Assembly: GCA_963700145.1 (NCBI GenBank)
Contig: OY969474.1
Coordinates: forward strand, 3,552,001-3,616,000
From: an uncultured Acidobacteriota bacterium
GTDB taxonomy: Bacteria; Acidobacteriota; Thermoanaerobaculia; Multivoradales; UBA5704
Reading direction: 5' to 3'
Length of the DNA stretch: 64,000 nt
Made by a program: the position numbers and the translations under genes. The notes below the pieces were generated by a model, which was not told the origin of the DNA, searched no databases, and was given only the letters and a program-made list of their open reading frames with translations. The number at the start of each line of letters is the position of its first letter. The first letter of the stretch is position 1. Positions 19,076-27,348 of this stretch are shown here, piece by piece.

Positions 19076-19450
19076 AAATGCACCAAGCGGCGGCAGAAAT
19101 GCACCCCGCGGAGCTTGAGGATATATCCCGCAGCAGGAAAGGTGCACCATTTCTCCGCCGCTATGCACCATCCAGCGCCTCCGGAGCCCGCCGCGACGCC
19201 TCAGGACCCTCTCGGAGGCCCTCCGGAGCCCGCCGCGAGCCCGAAATGGTGCAAAGAATCCTGAAAATGGTGCAAAACAGGTGCGGCGGCTCGGTCCAGA
19301 ACCCCGGCGGTGCACCCCGCAAGCTCCGCGGGGTGCATTTCTCCTCCCGCGGCGCCTCCGCCGGCCCCCGATCGGGCTTCCCGAGCGCCCGCTCCCTCGT
19401 TTTCTGCCCTTTCGTGGTGCATAGGAGCCGCCGCGTGGTGCATTTCTGCT
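19076..19450. repeat. Degenerate 21-nt-phased TGCACC/GGTGCA repeat region with internal inverted repeats
   Basis: Motif pairs 21 nt apart (19079/19100, 19143/19164, 19244/19265, 19413/19434); perfect 23-bp IR at 19095-19117 and 19320-19342. Confidence 0.7.
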
Positions 19451-19523
19451 CCTCCCCCTCGATCTCCACCGCCGGCGGCCCGGTGGGGAGACCAAGCCAG
19501 GTCTCCTGGAGCCGCCGTGCCAT

Positions 19524-19574
19524 GCCCAGCCGGTAGAGCGCAAGCTTCCCAAGCTTGATGTCGCGGGTTCGAGT
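19524..19574 (+). pseudogene. tRNA-Gly(CCC) fragment (D-arm to T-loop)
   Basis: GGTAGAGC D region; CAAGC-TTCCCAA-GCTTG anticodon arm; GCGGGTTCGAGT; no 3' T-stem or acceptor stem. Confidence 0.7.
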
Positions 19575-19663
19575 AGGTTCTCCTCCATCGTGAATCCCTC
19601 CGAGCCCGAGATCTTGGCCGTCGAGACGCGGGTGGCGCCGACCGGCGGCGGGGAAGCGCTGCC

Positions 19664-20113
19664 ATGACCCAGCACGCGACGCTCAGCCTCGAGCGCTGGC
19701 GCGAGTTCGGCGCCAGCGAGCAGGTGCTCATGATCGCCAACGAGATGCACCGCGCCTCGCTTCTGCTCGGCCCGGGTGACGGCGACAGCCGCCGCAACGC
19801 CTACGAGCGGGTGCTTCGGCTCGCCGATCTCACGATCCAGGCCCAGGAGCGCCCGGGCTTGCGCCGGGAGCTGCTGCTCTGGCGCGGCCTCGTGGCCGAG
19901 ATGTACATCGCCGGCGAGCCGCGCCCGGCGAGCCACCTCGCAGCCCTCCAGGCCCTGCTCCTCCTCGACCCGGTGGCCGCCCGCCAGCGGTCGTACGTCC
20001 TGCCGCGGGCGGCGGCCGCAGTCTCTTCCTCGGCTGAGCCGTCGGCGTCGCCCTCCTCCCCCACGCCGGCCGGGAGTGTCTCCCGGGTCGGTTCCCGTCA
20101 ACGCGCTCCGTAA
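19664..20113 (+). CDS. Hypothetical helical protein
   Basis: ATG, host-like codon usage; RW...EQVLMIANEMHRA; low-complexity tail. Confidence 0.6.
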   Translation: MTQHATLSLERWREFGASEQVLMIANEMHRASLLLGPGDGDSRRNAYERVLRLADLTIQAQERPGLRRELLLWRGLVAEMYIAGEPRPASHLAALQALLLLDPVAARQRSYVLPRAAAAVSSSAEPSASPSSPTPAGSVSRVGSRQRAP

Positions 20114-20583
20114 AGGAGAGTCCCCATGCCGCGTGCACCCTTTCCCGAAAGCCGGTCGGCGATCAGCTCGGCCACCTCACTGAAGACGCGAGCCCCCTTA
20201 TCGCGGAACTGCCGCGCGGTTCTCCCGTCGCGTGGGTACATCTGGATCTGCCGAAGCCAAGGAACCTTCCTCCACGCGCAACGCTCGACCAGCACCGGAA
20301 ACAACGGCATTCCCTCCCGGCTTCGGTCCAGGAGAAGGGGAATCTCCTGCCGCGTCACGAAACTGGAAGACAAATAAGCCGCGGAGATCAGACAAACCGC
20401 AGCCGCTGCCGAGGCCGTCGCTTGATGGAGCTGCTCCTCCCAGGCGGTGCCCGTCTCGATTCCACAGTCGTCCCACACCTCGATAATGCCGAGCTGCTCG
20501 AGTACCCCTAGGTGCGTTCGCAGGCGCTCCTTCCAGAGCTCGTCGGGGCGGCTGTAGCTCAGAAATACACGGGGCGGTGGCAC
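20098..20583 (-). CDS. Stand-alone TIR (TIR_2) domain protein
   Basis: VFLSYS, WDD..I..G..W, LISAAYLSSSF and QEIP (putative catalytic Glu). Confidence 0.88.
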   Translation of the reverse strand: MPPPRVFLSYSRPDELWKERLRTHLGVLEQLGIIEVWDDCGIETGTAWEEQLHQATASAAAAVCLISAAYLSSSFVTRQEIPLLLDRSREGMPLFPVLVERCAWRKVPWLRQIQMYPRDGRTARQFRDKGARVFSEVAELIADRLSGKGARGMGTLLYGAR

Positions 20584-21029
20584 ACCTAGATGTTAGCGAG
20601 GCGGCGACCTTGAAGAGTGCCCATTGGCTTAGTCCGGGGGCATACGGCAACCCACGTCAGGTCAAAGAGTCCATGAAAGCAAACGACTTATCGCAGGGTG
20701 GGTCGGTCTGATCCCACAAATGAACTCCTGGCAAGCGGGACCACCGAAGATTAGAATCCTGGCCACTCCGGGCTCCCAATACTTGGTTGTCACGAGCTTC
20801 GCCCCCCGCGACTAATTATCGGAAGTTGAATCAGCAGAGTGGGTTACACCCTCATTCGGCGGGAGAATATTCAAGACATGGGAAGCAGTATCCCTTCTGG
20901 ACCTTGTCGCCATGGGTTTGGCCCGTCCTAGGGGAGCCGGGTGGTGATGAAGTCGGTAGTTACGTCCGCGATGATGTACTCCATGATGTTGCCAATCTCG
21001 TCGAGAAACTGCTCGGCGATGGTTGAGAC

Positions 21030-22488
21030 GGGGATGCCCCGTTCCCTGTTGAAAGCCGAAAGAGGGAAAGCGGCTCGGTTGATCATGCCACGGCCTTGGT
21101 GTTCGTCGGTTCCTCGATCGCCGCGAGCGCGAGCTCGAGAGCCCCGAGGTGCCGATGTCCCTTGACACGCCGGAAGCCAGCCTCCGCGTCACACAGCGCC
21201 AGGGCGACCCAGCGCAGCACCATGTCGCCGCCGCGCCAGCGCTTGACGTTGCGCGTCGTCGTACGGATCGAGCCGATCGTGTTCTCGATCGCGTTGGTCG
21301 AGGCGAGCAACCGGCGCAGAGCGTCGGGCAGCTTCAGCCGCAAGGCGGTGAGGGTCTCGTCGAGGCCCTCGCGCAGGCTGCCCGCGGCGCCCGCGTGGCC
21401 TGCGTGCTCGAGCCAGCGGGCAAGCTGCTCGAGGCGACGCTTGGCGAGGTCGAAGCGAGCGCTCTGGTAGGCCTCGACCATCAGGCGGTCGACCCGGGCT
21501 TGGAGCTGCTTGGGCAGGTGGTCGCGGACGTTGCGGCGCTTGTGGAGCTGGCAGCGCTGGACGTGGGTTGCGTCCCCGAAGACGGCGCGCACGGCCTTGC
21601 GCAGCCCCTTGCCGCCGTCGAGCACCGCCAAGAAGCGCGGCGGCATCGCGAGGCCTCGCTCCAACAGCTCCTGGAGCAGGCCGGTACAGAGCGCCGCGTT
21701 CTCCGTCGCGCCTTCACGCAGGCCGAGCACCCGCTTGGTCCCGTCGCGCGCGATGCCGAGTGCCACCACCAGGGTGTGGCCGGCCACCTCCAGCCCGTCG
21801 ATCATCAGGATCAGGGGCTGGAAGTCCGACAGGTCTCGGCGCAGCCACGCGCCCAGCAGACGACGCGTCCCCGCCACCAGCCGGCGCTGGACCGCACTCT
21901 TGCTCGTCGCGCGCTCCGGCACCGACTCTGCGAGCGGCTCCAAGCTCCGACCGTAGCGGCGCTGCGAGACGCCGACCAGCGCCTGCTCGATCACCCGCTC
22001 CGTGAAGGGATCTTCGTCCTGAAAGGCGCGCACCGAAGGCAAGCTCATCTCGCCACCGTCGCGTCGCCGGACGCGCGGTCGCGGCAGCGCCACCTGGCGG
22101 CCACCCAGCACGAACTCGCTCGCCGTCGAGCCCCAGCGGTACGCCTCGCGGGTCGGATTGCGCCGACGCTTCGGACCGACGACGGCCTCGACCTCGTCCG
22201 CGAGCTGCCGCCCCAGGGCCTCGACGCCCGCGGCGTGAAACAGCTCCAGCAGCCCCTGGCGGCTGGCCTCGATGCCCTCGACCATCGGCCGCAGCAGCGC
22301 TTGTAGCCCGTGGCTGATGCGCGCCGCACGGCCCCCTTGCCACACCACCCGCCTTTCTGCTCTCGTCTTCATCACGGCTCCTTGGCCCCCTGGCGGGGCC
22401 GGTTATTCGACCAACCCGATTCTCGATCAGGTGGGCCGAGGAGCCGCCTTCACCTCATTGCTCTTTCAACAGCGGGAGGGACAACCCC
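21030..22488 (-). mobile_element. IS256-family element, copy 1 (1459 bp)
   Basis: Imperfect IRs GGGGTTGTCCCTCCCGCTGTTGAAAG / GGGGATGCCCCGTTCCCTGTTGAAAG; flanks GGTTGAGAC and CGACGTTGG do not match each other. Confidence 0.95.
21083..22375 (-). CDS. IS256-family DDE transposase
   Basis: LMIDG, DGGKGL, QRCQLHK, STNAIE. Confidence 0.95.
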   Translation of the reverse strand: MMKTRAERRVVWQGGRAARISHGLQALLRPMVEGIEASRQGLLELFHAAGVEALGRQLADEVEAVVGPKRRRNPTREAYRWGSTASEFVLGGRQVALPRPRVRRRDGGEMSLPSVRAFQDEDPFTERVIEQALVGVSQRRYGRSLEPLAESVPERATSKSAVQRRLVAGTRRLLGAWLRRDLSDFQPLILMIDGLEVAGHTLVVALGIARDGTKRVLGLREGATENAALCTGLLQELLERGLAMPPRFLAVLDGGKGLRKAVRAVFGDATHVQRCQLHKRRNVRDHLPKQLQARVDRLMVEAYQSARFDLAKRRLEQLARWLEHAGHAGAAGSLREGLDETLTALRLKLPDALRRLLASTNAIENTIGSIRTTTRNVKRWRGGDMVLRWVALALCDAEAGFRRVKGHRHLGALELALAAIEEPTNTKAVA

Positions 22489-22519
22489 CGACGTTGGTAT
22501 CGAGGACTCGGATTACCAT
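22489..22519 (-). pseudogene. PIN (VapC) toxin 5' fragment interrupted by IS
   Basis: MVIRVLDTNV, starts overlapping the antitoxin stop; continues after IS copy 3. Confidence 0.75.
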
Positions 22520-22758
22520 CCGGGATCGCGATCCTTACGGACGATCTCGGCGCTATCCGCCATCGGTCCGAACGAGTCGCGGAGCCGCCGGAGGCGATTG
22601 ATGGCCTCGGCGGGCTCGTCGCCGCGCCCGAGTTCGCGGTCCAGGAGGGTTCGCGCCATCTCCGATATGCCGACTTGATGTTCCTGCGCCTCCCGCCGGA
22701 GACGCTCCACGAGAGCCTCGTCGAGCATCAGGTTCACGCGCTTGAGAGGAGAGGCCAT
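22513..22758 (-). CDS. Ribbon-helix-helix antitoxin-like protein
   Basis: KRVNLMLDEALVERLRREA...GISEMAR; DSAEIVRKDRD tail typical of VapB partners. Confidence 0.75.
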   Translation of the reverse strand: MASPLKRVNLMLDEALVERLRREAQEHQVGISEMARTLLDRELGRGDEPAEAINRLRRLRDSFGPMADSAEIVRKDRDPGW

Positions 22759-22799
22759 CGTCCGAAGCCGGCAGCTTACACATTGTACACACTTGGTCC

Positions 22800-22964
22800 G
22801 TGCTCCTGCCGGATGCGCTGACTTTCGCGATCCGCCATGACGTCACGGTGTACGACGCCGTGTTCGTCGTCCTCGCGCGGCAGCTCGGAGGCGAGCTCAT
22901 CACCGCCGACAGAGTGCTCTGGGACAAACTCGCCGGTGACTGCCCCTGGGTGAGGAAGCTGTAG
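22800..22964 (+). pseudogene. PIN-domain C-terminal fragment
   Basis: VLLPDALTFAIRHDVTVYDAVFVVLARQLGGELITADRVL; no N-terminal half in frame. Confidence 0.7.
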
Positions 22965-22985
22965 ATAAACGAAACCCCCACCGCT

Positions 22986-23654
22986 TCACGTCTCCCAGAA
23001 CTGATCGCGCAGCCCGATGCGGTCGAAGATCTGCCGGATCTCGGCGCCCATCGGGCGGCGCGCTTCGGGGGTGAGGCGACTCGCGTACCAGGCTTGGGCC
23101 AGCTCCCAGAGCTGGTCGAGGGAGACGAGCGGCCGCCGCGGCAGGTTGCGCTGCCGGCACCAGCGCTCGACGTGCTCTTCCGACCGGAAGAGGAGCATCG
23201 TGCTTCAGGTGTAGGCGATGTCGTCCCACCACTGCTTGGCGGGGACGGCGAAGTGGGCGACGCACGGCTCGGGCTCCGGCGCGCCGCCGCGCACCCGCAG
23301 CCCGATCGGCTCGCCGCAGCAGGCGCAGCTCGCCTCGACGTCGGCGTCCCGGTGCAGCGCCGCCGCGATCCCGAGCGCGTCCCAGACGCAGTTGCCGAAG
23401 TAGGAGCGCCCGCCCGAGCGCACCAGAAACGTCGTCGGCACCGCCGAGAACGGCGGCGCCATGACGATCTCCCCCGTCTCCGGCGCCAACGCCAGGAGCC
23501 GCCGCCCGTTCAGCCGCCGAAACGCCTCCAGCACCTCGGAGGCCCCGCACCCGAGCCGCCCCGCCACCTCCGCCGCTCGCGACGGGCGGCCGCTCTCGGC
23601 GGTGGTGCGGTAGACGTCGAGTTGGACTCTAGGGTCGAGGGTCTCGGGGTCCAT
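22986..23654 (-). CDS. MerB-like organomercurial lyase family protein, probable selenoprotein (UGA at 23207-23205)
   Basis: ORFs 23205..23654 and 22986..23198 share a frame across one TGA (DIAYT-U-STMLLF); MAPPFS, NCVWDALG and CACCG motifs. Confidence 0.85.
23175..23192 (-). promoter_or_regulatory. Candidate SECIS hairpin
   Basis: CTCTTCC-GGTC-GGAAGAG, stem starts +13 after the UGA, loop G at +20. Confidence 0.7.
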
Positions 23655-23715
23655 GGCGGAATCCTCGCACGGTCCGCCGCTAGGACGCGGCTGTTGCTAG
23701 GATCGCCACGAAGCC

Positions 23716-24339
23716 ATGGTCGAGATCCTGCCGATCGAGCGCGAGGAAGCCTTCTGGTCCGGCGTCGAGAACGCCAAGAGGTTCTTCATGGGCGAAGCCG
23801 ACGTGCAAAGGGCCCTGGAGCGGTTGGCGCGCCTGCTCGACGAGAAGGAAATCCCCTACGCCGTCATCGGCGCCATGGCGCTCAACGAGTGGGGCTACCG
23901 GCGGGTGACCGTTGACGTCGATGTCCTGCTGGCCCCCGAGGGGCTGAGCGCCCTCAAGGCCGAGGTTCTAGGCCGCGGCTACCTCGAGAAGTTCCCGGGG
24001 AGCCGCGGCCTGCGGGACACCGAAGCCGGCGTCAACGTCGACGTCGTCCTCGCCGGCGAGTACCCGGGGGACGGCAAGCCGAAGCCGGTCGTTTTTCCCG
24101 ACCCGGCGCAAGCCGCCGTCCGCGGCCGACGCGTGGCGCTCCTGCCCCTGCCGAAGCTCATCGAGCTCAAGCTGGCGTCAGGCCTGAGCGCGCCGCACCG
24201 CCTGAAGGACCTCGCCGACGTCCTGGAGCTCATCCGGCAGCTCGCCCTTCCCCGCGAAATGGCCGAGTCCCTCGACCCCTCGGTGCGGGCCAAGTACGAG
24301 GAGCTCTGGCAGGCGGCACAGACGCCGGAACGGGAGTGA
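23716..24339 (+). CDS. Nucleotidyltransferase-family protein (AbiEii/DUF6036-like)
   Basis: YAVIGAMAL...RVTVDVDVL, LIELKL, KDLADV. Confidence 0.75.
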   Translation: MVEILPIEREEAFWSGVENAKRFFMGEADVQRALERLARLLDEKEIPYAVIGAMALNEWGYRRVTVDVDVLLAPEGLSALKAEVLGRGYLEKFPGSRGLRDTEAGVNVDVVLAGEYPGDGKPKPVVFPDPAQAAVRGRRVALLPLPKLIELKLASGLSAPHRLKDLADVLELIRQLALPREMAESLDPSVRAKYEELWQAAQTPERE

Positions 24340-24344
24340 GCTCT

Positions 24345-24590
24345 ATGCCGACCTTGCAGCAGACCATCAAGGCAGTCGTCCGGCCCGGAGAGGACTCCGG
24401 CTACGTCGCCGAATGCGTCGAGATCGCCGTCGTCACGCAAGGCCGCACCCTCGACGAGACCGTCGCGAATCTGCGCGAGGCCGTGGGCCTGCACCTCGAG
24501 GGCGAGGACCCGGCAAGCTTCGGCCTGCGCCCGAACCCCACTTTGATCCTCACCCTGGAGCTCGAGCCGTCGCATGCCCGGGCTTCGTAG
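24345..24590 (+). CDS. hicB: HicB-family antitoxin
   Basis: GYVAEC...TQGRTLDETVANLREAVGLHL. Confidence 0.88.
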   Translation: MPTLQQTIKAVVRPGEDSGYVAECVEIAVVTQGRTLDETVANLREAVGLHLEGEDPASFGLRPNPTLILTLELEPSHARAS

Positions 24591-24813
24591 GCTTTCGGGC
24601 CGCGAAGTCGTTTCAACCCTTCAGCGCTTCGGGTTCCAACCCGTCTCCCAACGGGGCAGCCACATCAAGCTGCAACGGGAAACGCAGTCCGGGCGCCAGA
24701 CCCTGACGGTGCCGGCCCACAGCGAGCTCGATTCAGGGACCTTGCGCGCCATCTACCGCCAGGCGAGCCGCTTCGTTCCCGAGGACGATTTGCGCCCCCT
24801 CTTCTACGCCTGA
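24574..24813 (+). CDS. hicA: HicA-family toxin
   Basis: SGREVV..L.RFGF, QRGSHIKL, VPAH.EL..GTL..I. Confidence 0.9.
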   Translation: MPGLRRLSGREVVSTLQRFGFQPVSQRGSHIKLQRETQSGRQTLTVPAHSELDSGTLRAIYRQASRFVPEDDLRPLFYA

Positions 24814-24875
24814 GCCTGTTTCTCAGCAGGTCCCCCGGAGTCAGAATGGTCGCCGCACCAAGCCGTGAGGCCTCC

Positions 24876-25085
24876 GAGATAAGTCTCCGAGCCCTGAAGA
24901 TGAATCTCGGACTGCCCAAGATAGATCTTCAGCTATGAGAGATTGATTTCCCGGTCCCGGAGATAGATCTCGGTACATAGAAGATCTATCCCAGACCCTC
25001 CAAGATCTATCCCAGAGCCTCCAAGATTTATCCCGGCGTCCCCAAGATAAATCTCGGGCTCCCCAAGATAATCCTCGAGGACCTC
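24876..25085. repeat. 21-nt-periodic array, 10 units, palindromic core AGATNNATCT plus variable ~10 nt
   Basis: e.g. AAGATGAATCTcggactgccc, AAGATAGATCTtcagctatga, GAGATAGATCTcggtacatag, AAGATAAATCTcgggctcccc. Confidence 0.85.
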
Positions 25086-25340
25086 CAGAAACTGCCCGGC
25101 TCGCCACAAATCGTTCCGAGAGAAGGCGTTACGGGCGGCTACTCCTCCGAGCGGTCTTCCGGGCCGCCCACCGGAATGTCCTCCGGCTGGATCCACTCGA
25201 CCCGCCCGTCCCGCCACACCGCGATAGGGTTCCCCGCCTGCTTGTGCCGCAGCAGCGCCTCGCGCACGGACCTCGCAAGGATCTCTTGGATGCGGTAGGG
25301 ATCAAAGATCCTCTCAACTTCGTCGGGATCTACGTCGTTG

Positions 25341-26799
25341 GGGGTTGTCCCTCCCGCTGTTGAAAGAGCAATGAGGTGAAGGCGGCTCCTCGGCCCACCT
25401 GATCGAGAATCGGGTTGGTCGAATAACCGGCCCCGCCAGGGGGCCAAGGAGCCGTGATGAAGACGAGAGCAGAAAGGCGGGTGGTGTGGCAAGGGGGCCG
25501 TGCGGCGCGCATCAGCCACGGGCTACAAGCGCTGCTGCGGCCGATGGTCGAGGGCATCGAGGCCAGCCGCCAGGGGCTGCTGGAGCTGTTTCACGCCGCG
25601 GGCGTCGAGGCCCTGGGGCGGCAGCTCGCGGACGAGGTCGAGGCCGTCGTCGGTCCGAAGCGTCGGCGCAATCCGACCCGCGAGGCGTACCGCTGGGGCT
25701 CGACGGCGAGCGAGTTCGTGCTGGGTGGCCGCCAGGTGGCGCTGCCGCGACCGCGCGTCCGGCGACGCGACGGTGGCGAGATGAGCTTGCCTTCGGTGCG
25801 CGCCTTTCAGGACGAAGATCCCTTCACGGAGCGGGTGATCGAGCAGGCGCTGGTCGGCGTCTCGCAGCGCCGCTACGGTCGGAGCTTGGAGCCGCTCGCA
25901 GAGTCGGTGCCGGAGCGCGCGACGAGCAAGAGTGCGGTCCAGCGCCGGCTGGTGGCGGGGACGCGTCGTCTGCTGGGCGCGTGGCTGCGCCGAGACCTGT
26001 CGGACTTCCAGCCCCTGATCCTGATGATCGACGGGCTGGAGGTGGCCGGCCACACCCTGGTGGTGGCACTCGGCATCGCGCGCGACGGGACCAAGCGGGT
26101 GCTCGGCCTGCGTGAAGGCGCGACGGAGAACGCGGCGCTCTGTACCGGCCTGCTCCAGGAGCTGTTGGAGCGAGGCCTCGCGATGCCGCCGCGCTTCTTG
26201 GCGGTGCTCGACGGCGGCAAGGGGCTGCGCAAGGCCGTGCGCGCCGTCTTCGGGGACGCAACCCACGTCCAGCGCTGCCAGCTCCACAAGCGCCGCAACG
26301 TCCGCGACCACCTGCCCAAGCAGCTCCAAGCCCGGGTCGACCGCCTGATGGTCGAGGCCTACCAGAGCGCTCGCTTCGACCTCGCCAAGCGTCGCCTCGA
26401 GCAGCTTGCCCGCTGGCTCGAGCACGCAGGCCACGCGGGCGCCGCGGGCAGCCTGCGCGAGGGCCTCGACGAGACCCTCACCGCCTTGCGGCTGAAGCTG
26501 CCCGACGCTCTGCGCCGGTTGCTCGCCTCGACCAACGCGATCGAGAACACGATCGGCTCGATCCGTACGACGACGCGCAACGTCAAGCGCTGGCGCGGCG
26601 GCGACATGGTGCTGCGCTGGGTCGCCCTGGCGCTGTGTGACGCGGAGGCTGGCTTCCGGCGTGTCAAGGGACATCGGCACCTCGGGGCTCTCGAGCTCGC
26701 GCTCGCGGCGATCGAGGAACCGACGAACACCAAGGCCGTGGCATGATCAACCGAGCCGCTTTCCCTCTTTCGGCTTTCAACAGGGAACGGGGCATCCCC
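25341..26799 (+). mobile_element. IS256-family element, copy 2, with intact 9-bp TSD
   Basis: ACGTCGTTG at 25332-25340 and 26800-26808. Confidence 0.96.
25454..26746 (+). CDS. IS256-family DDE transposase
   Basis: Translation identical to copy 1. Confidence 0.95.
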   Translation: MMKTRAERRVVWQGGRAARISHGLQALLRPMVEGIEASRQGLLELFHAAGVEALGRQLADEVEAVVGPKRRRNPTREAYRWGSTASEFVLGGRQVALPRPRVRRRDGGEMSLPSVRAFQDEDPFTERVIEQALVGVSQRRYGRSLEPLAESVPERATSKSAVQRRLVAGTRRLLGAWLRRDLSDFQPLILMIDGLEVAGHTLVVALGIARDGTKRVLGLREGATENAALCTGLLQELLERGLAMPPRFLAVLDGGKGLRKAVRAVFGDATHVQRCQLHKRRNVRDHLPKQLQARVDRLMVEAYQSARFDLAKRRLEQLARWLEHAGHAGAAGSLREGLDETLTALRLKLPDALRRLLASTNAIENTIGSIRTTTRNVKRWRGGDMVLRWVALALCDAEAGFRRVKGHRHLGALELALAAIEEPTNTKAVA

Positions 26800-27348
26800 A
26801 CGTCGTTGTCGCGCCCCGCCGGAGCGTGCTCGCCACCCTTCTCCTGCGGTCCAGCAAGCTCTTGCTGTGCCCGGGCCAAGGCCTCGTCCCAGACCTGTTG
26901 GTCTCCTACCTCCTCGAGGATCATGACCGCAATCGCATCTTGGTCTGCGGGTGGAAGCTTCTCTGCGGCCTGCAGTGCCTGCTGCAGAAGAGGAGTCATT
27001 GGCCGCCAGAATACAGCCTCAATGCCCCAGGAGGGCAGCACCTATCTCTGCCGTCCACCAGTCCCGAGTCTGCCGATACGGTCTTCCGGAGTGGAGACCA
27101 ATGACTTCGCGCCATTTGGTACTCTGGAAACAACGATGCGTAAGAAGGCCTCTGCGGCAGTGGAACCGAAGCCGCCGTGAGACCGTTCGCGACGCTCTTC
27201 TTGCGCAGCCTGTCGCCCCGGAATGGCCGGTCGTCCCAACTGCCACCGCAGCCTTGGCGCGACTTGGTAGCCAATCTGTGCTTCTGCTCCAACCCTGCTC
27301 GAGCGCACTGCGACCTAATCCTGTTTCACGAGAAGAGGGAGTGGCAAG

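Larger units (their letters stand above)
25139..26999 (-). pseudogene. Small gene interrupted by IS copy 2
   Basis: Removing the IS and one TSD joins MTPLLQQAL...GRDNDV to DPDEVER...VWRDGRVEWI in frame. Confidence 0.7.

Noticed and set aside
20590-20900. Lower-GC non-coding stretch upstream of the TIR gene as an ncRNA or att site
   Set aside because: No convincing structure or repeat partner found by eye.
22986-23198. Separate 70-aa gene
   Set aside because: It is the in-frame continuation of the MerB-like gene past the UGA.
21030-26799. Composite transposon formed by IS copies 1 and 2 around the MerB-like gene and hicAB
   Set aside because: Copy 2 has its own matched TSD (independent insertion), and copy 1's flanks pair with copy 3.
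27040-27340. Short ORFs upstream of the GHKL gene as a controller (C) protein
   Set aside because: No HTH signature; overlapping candidates in several frames.
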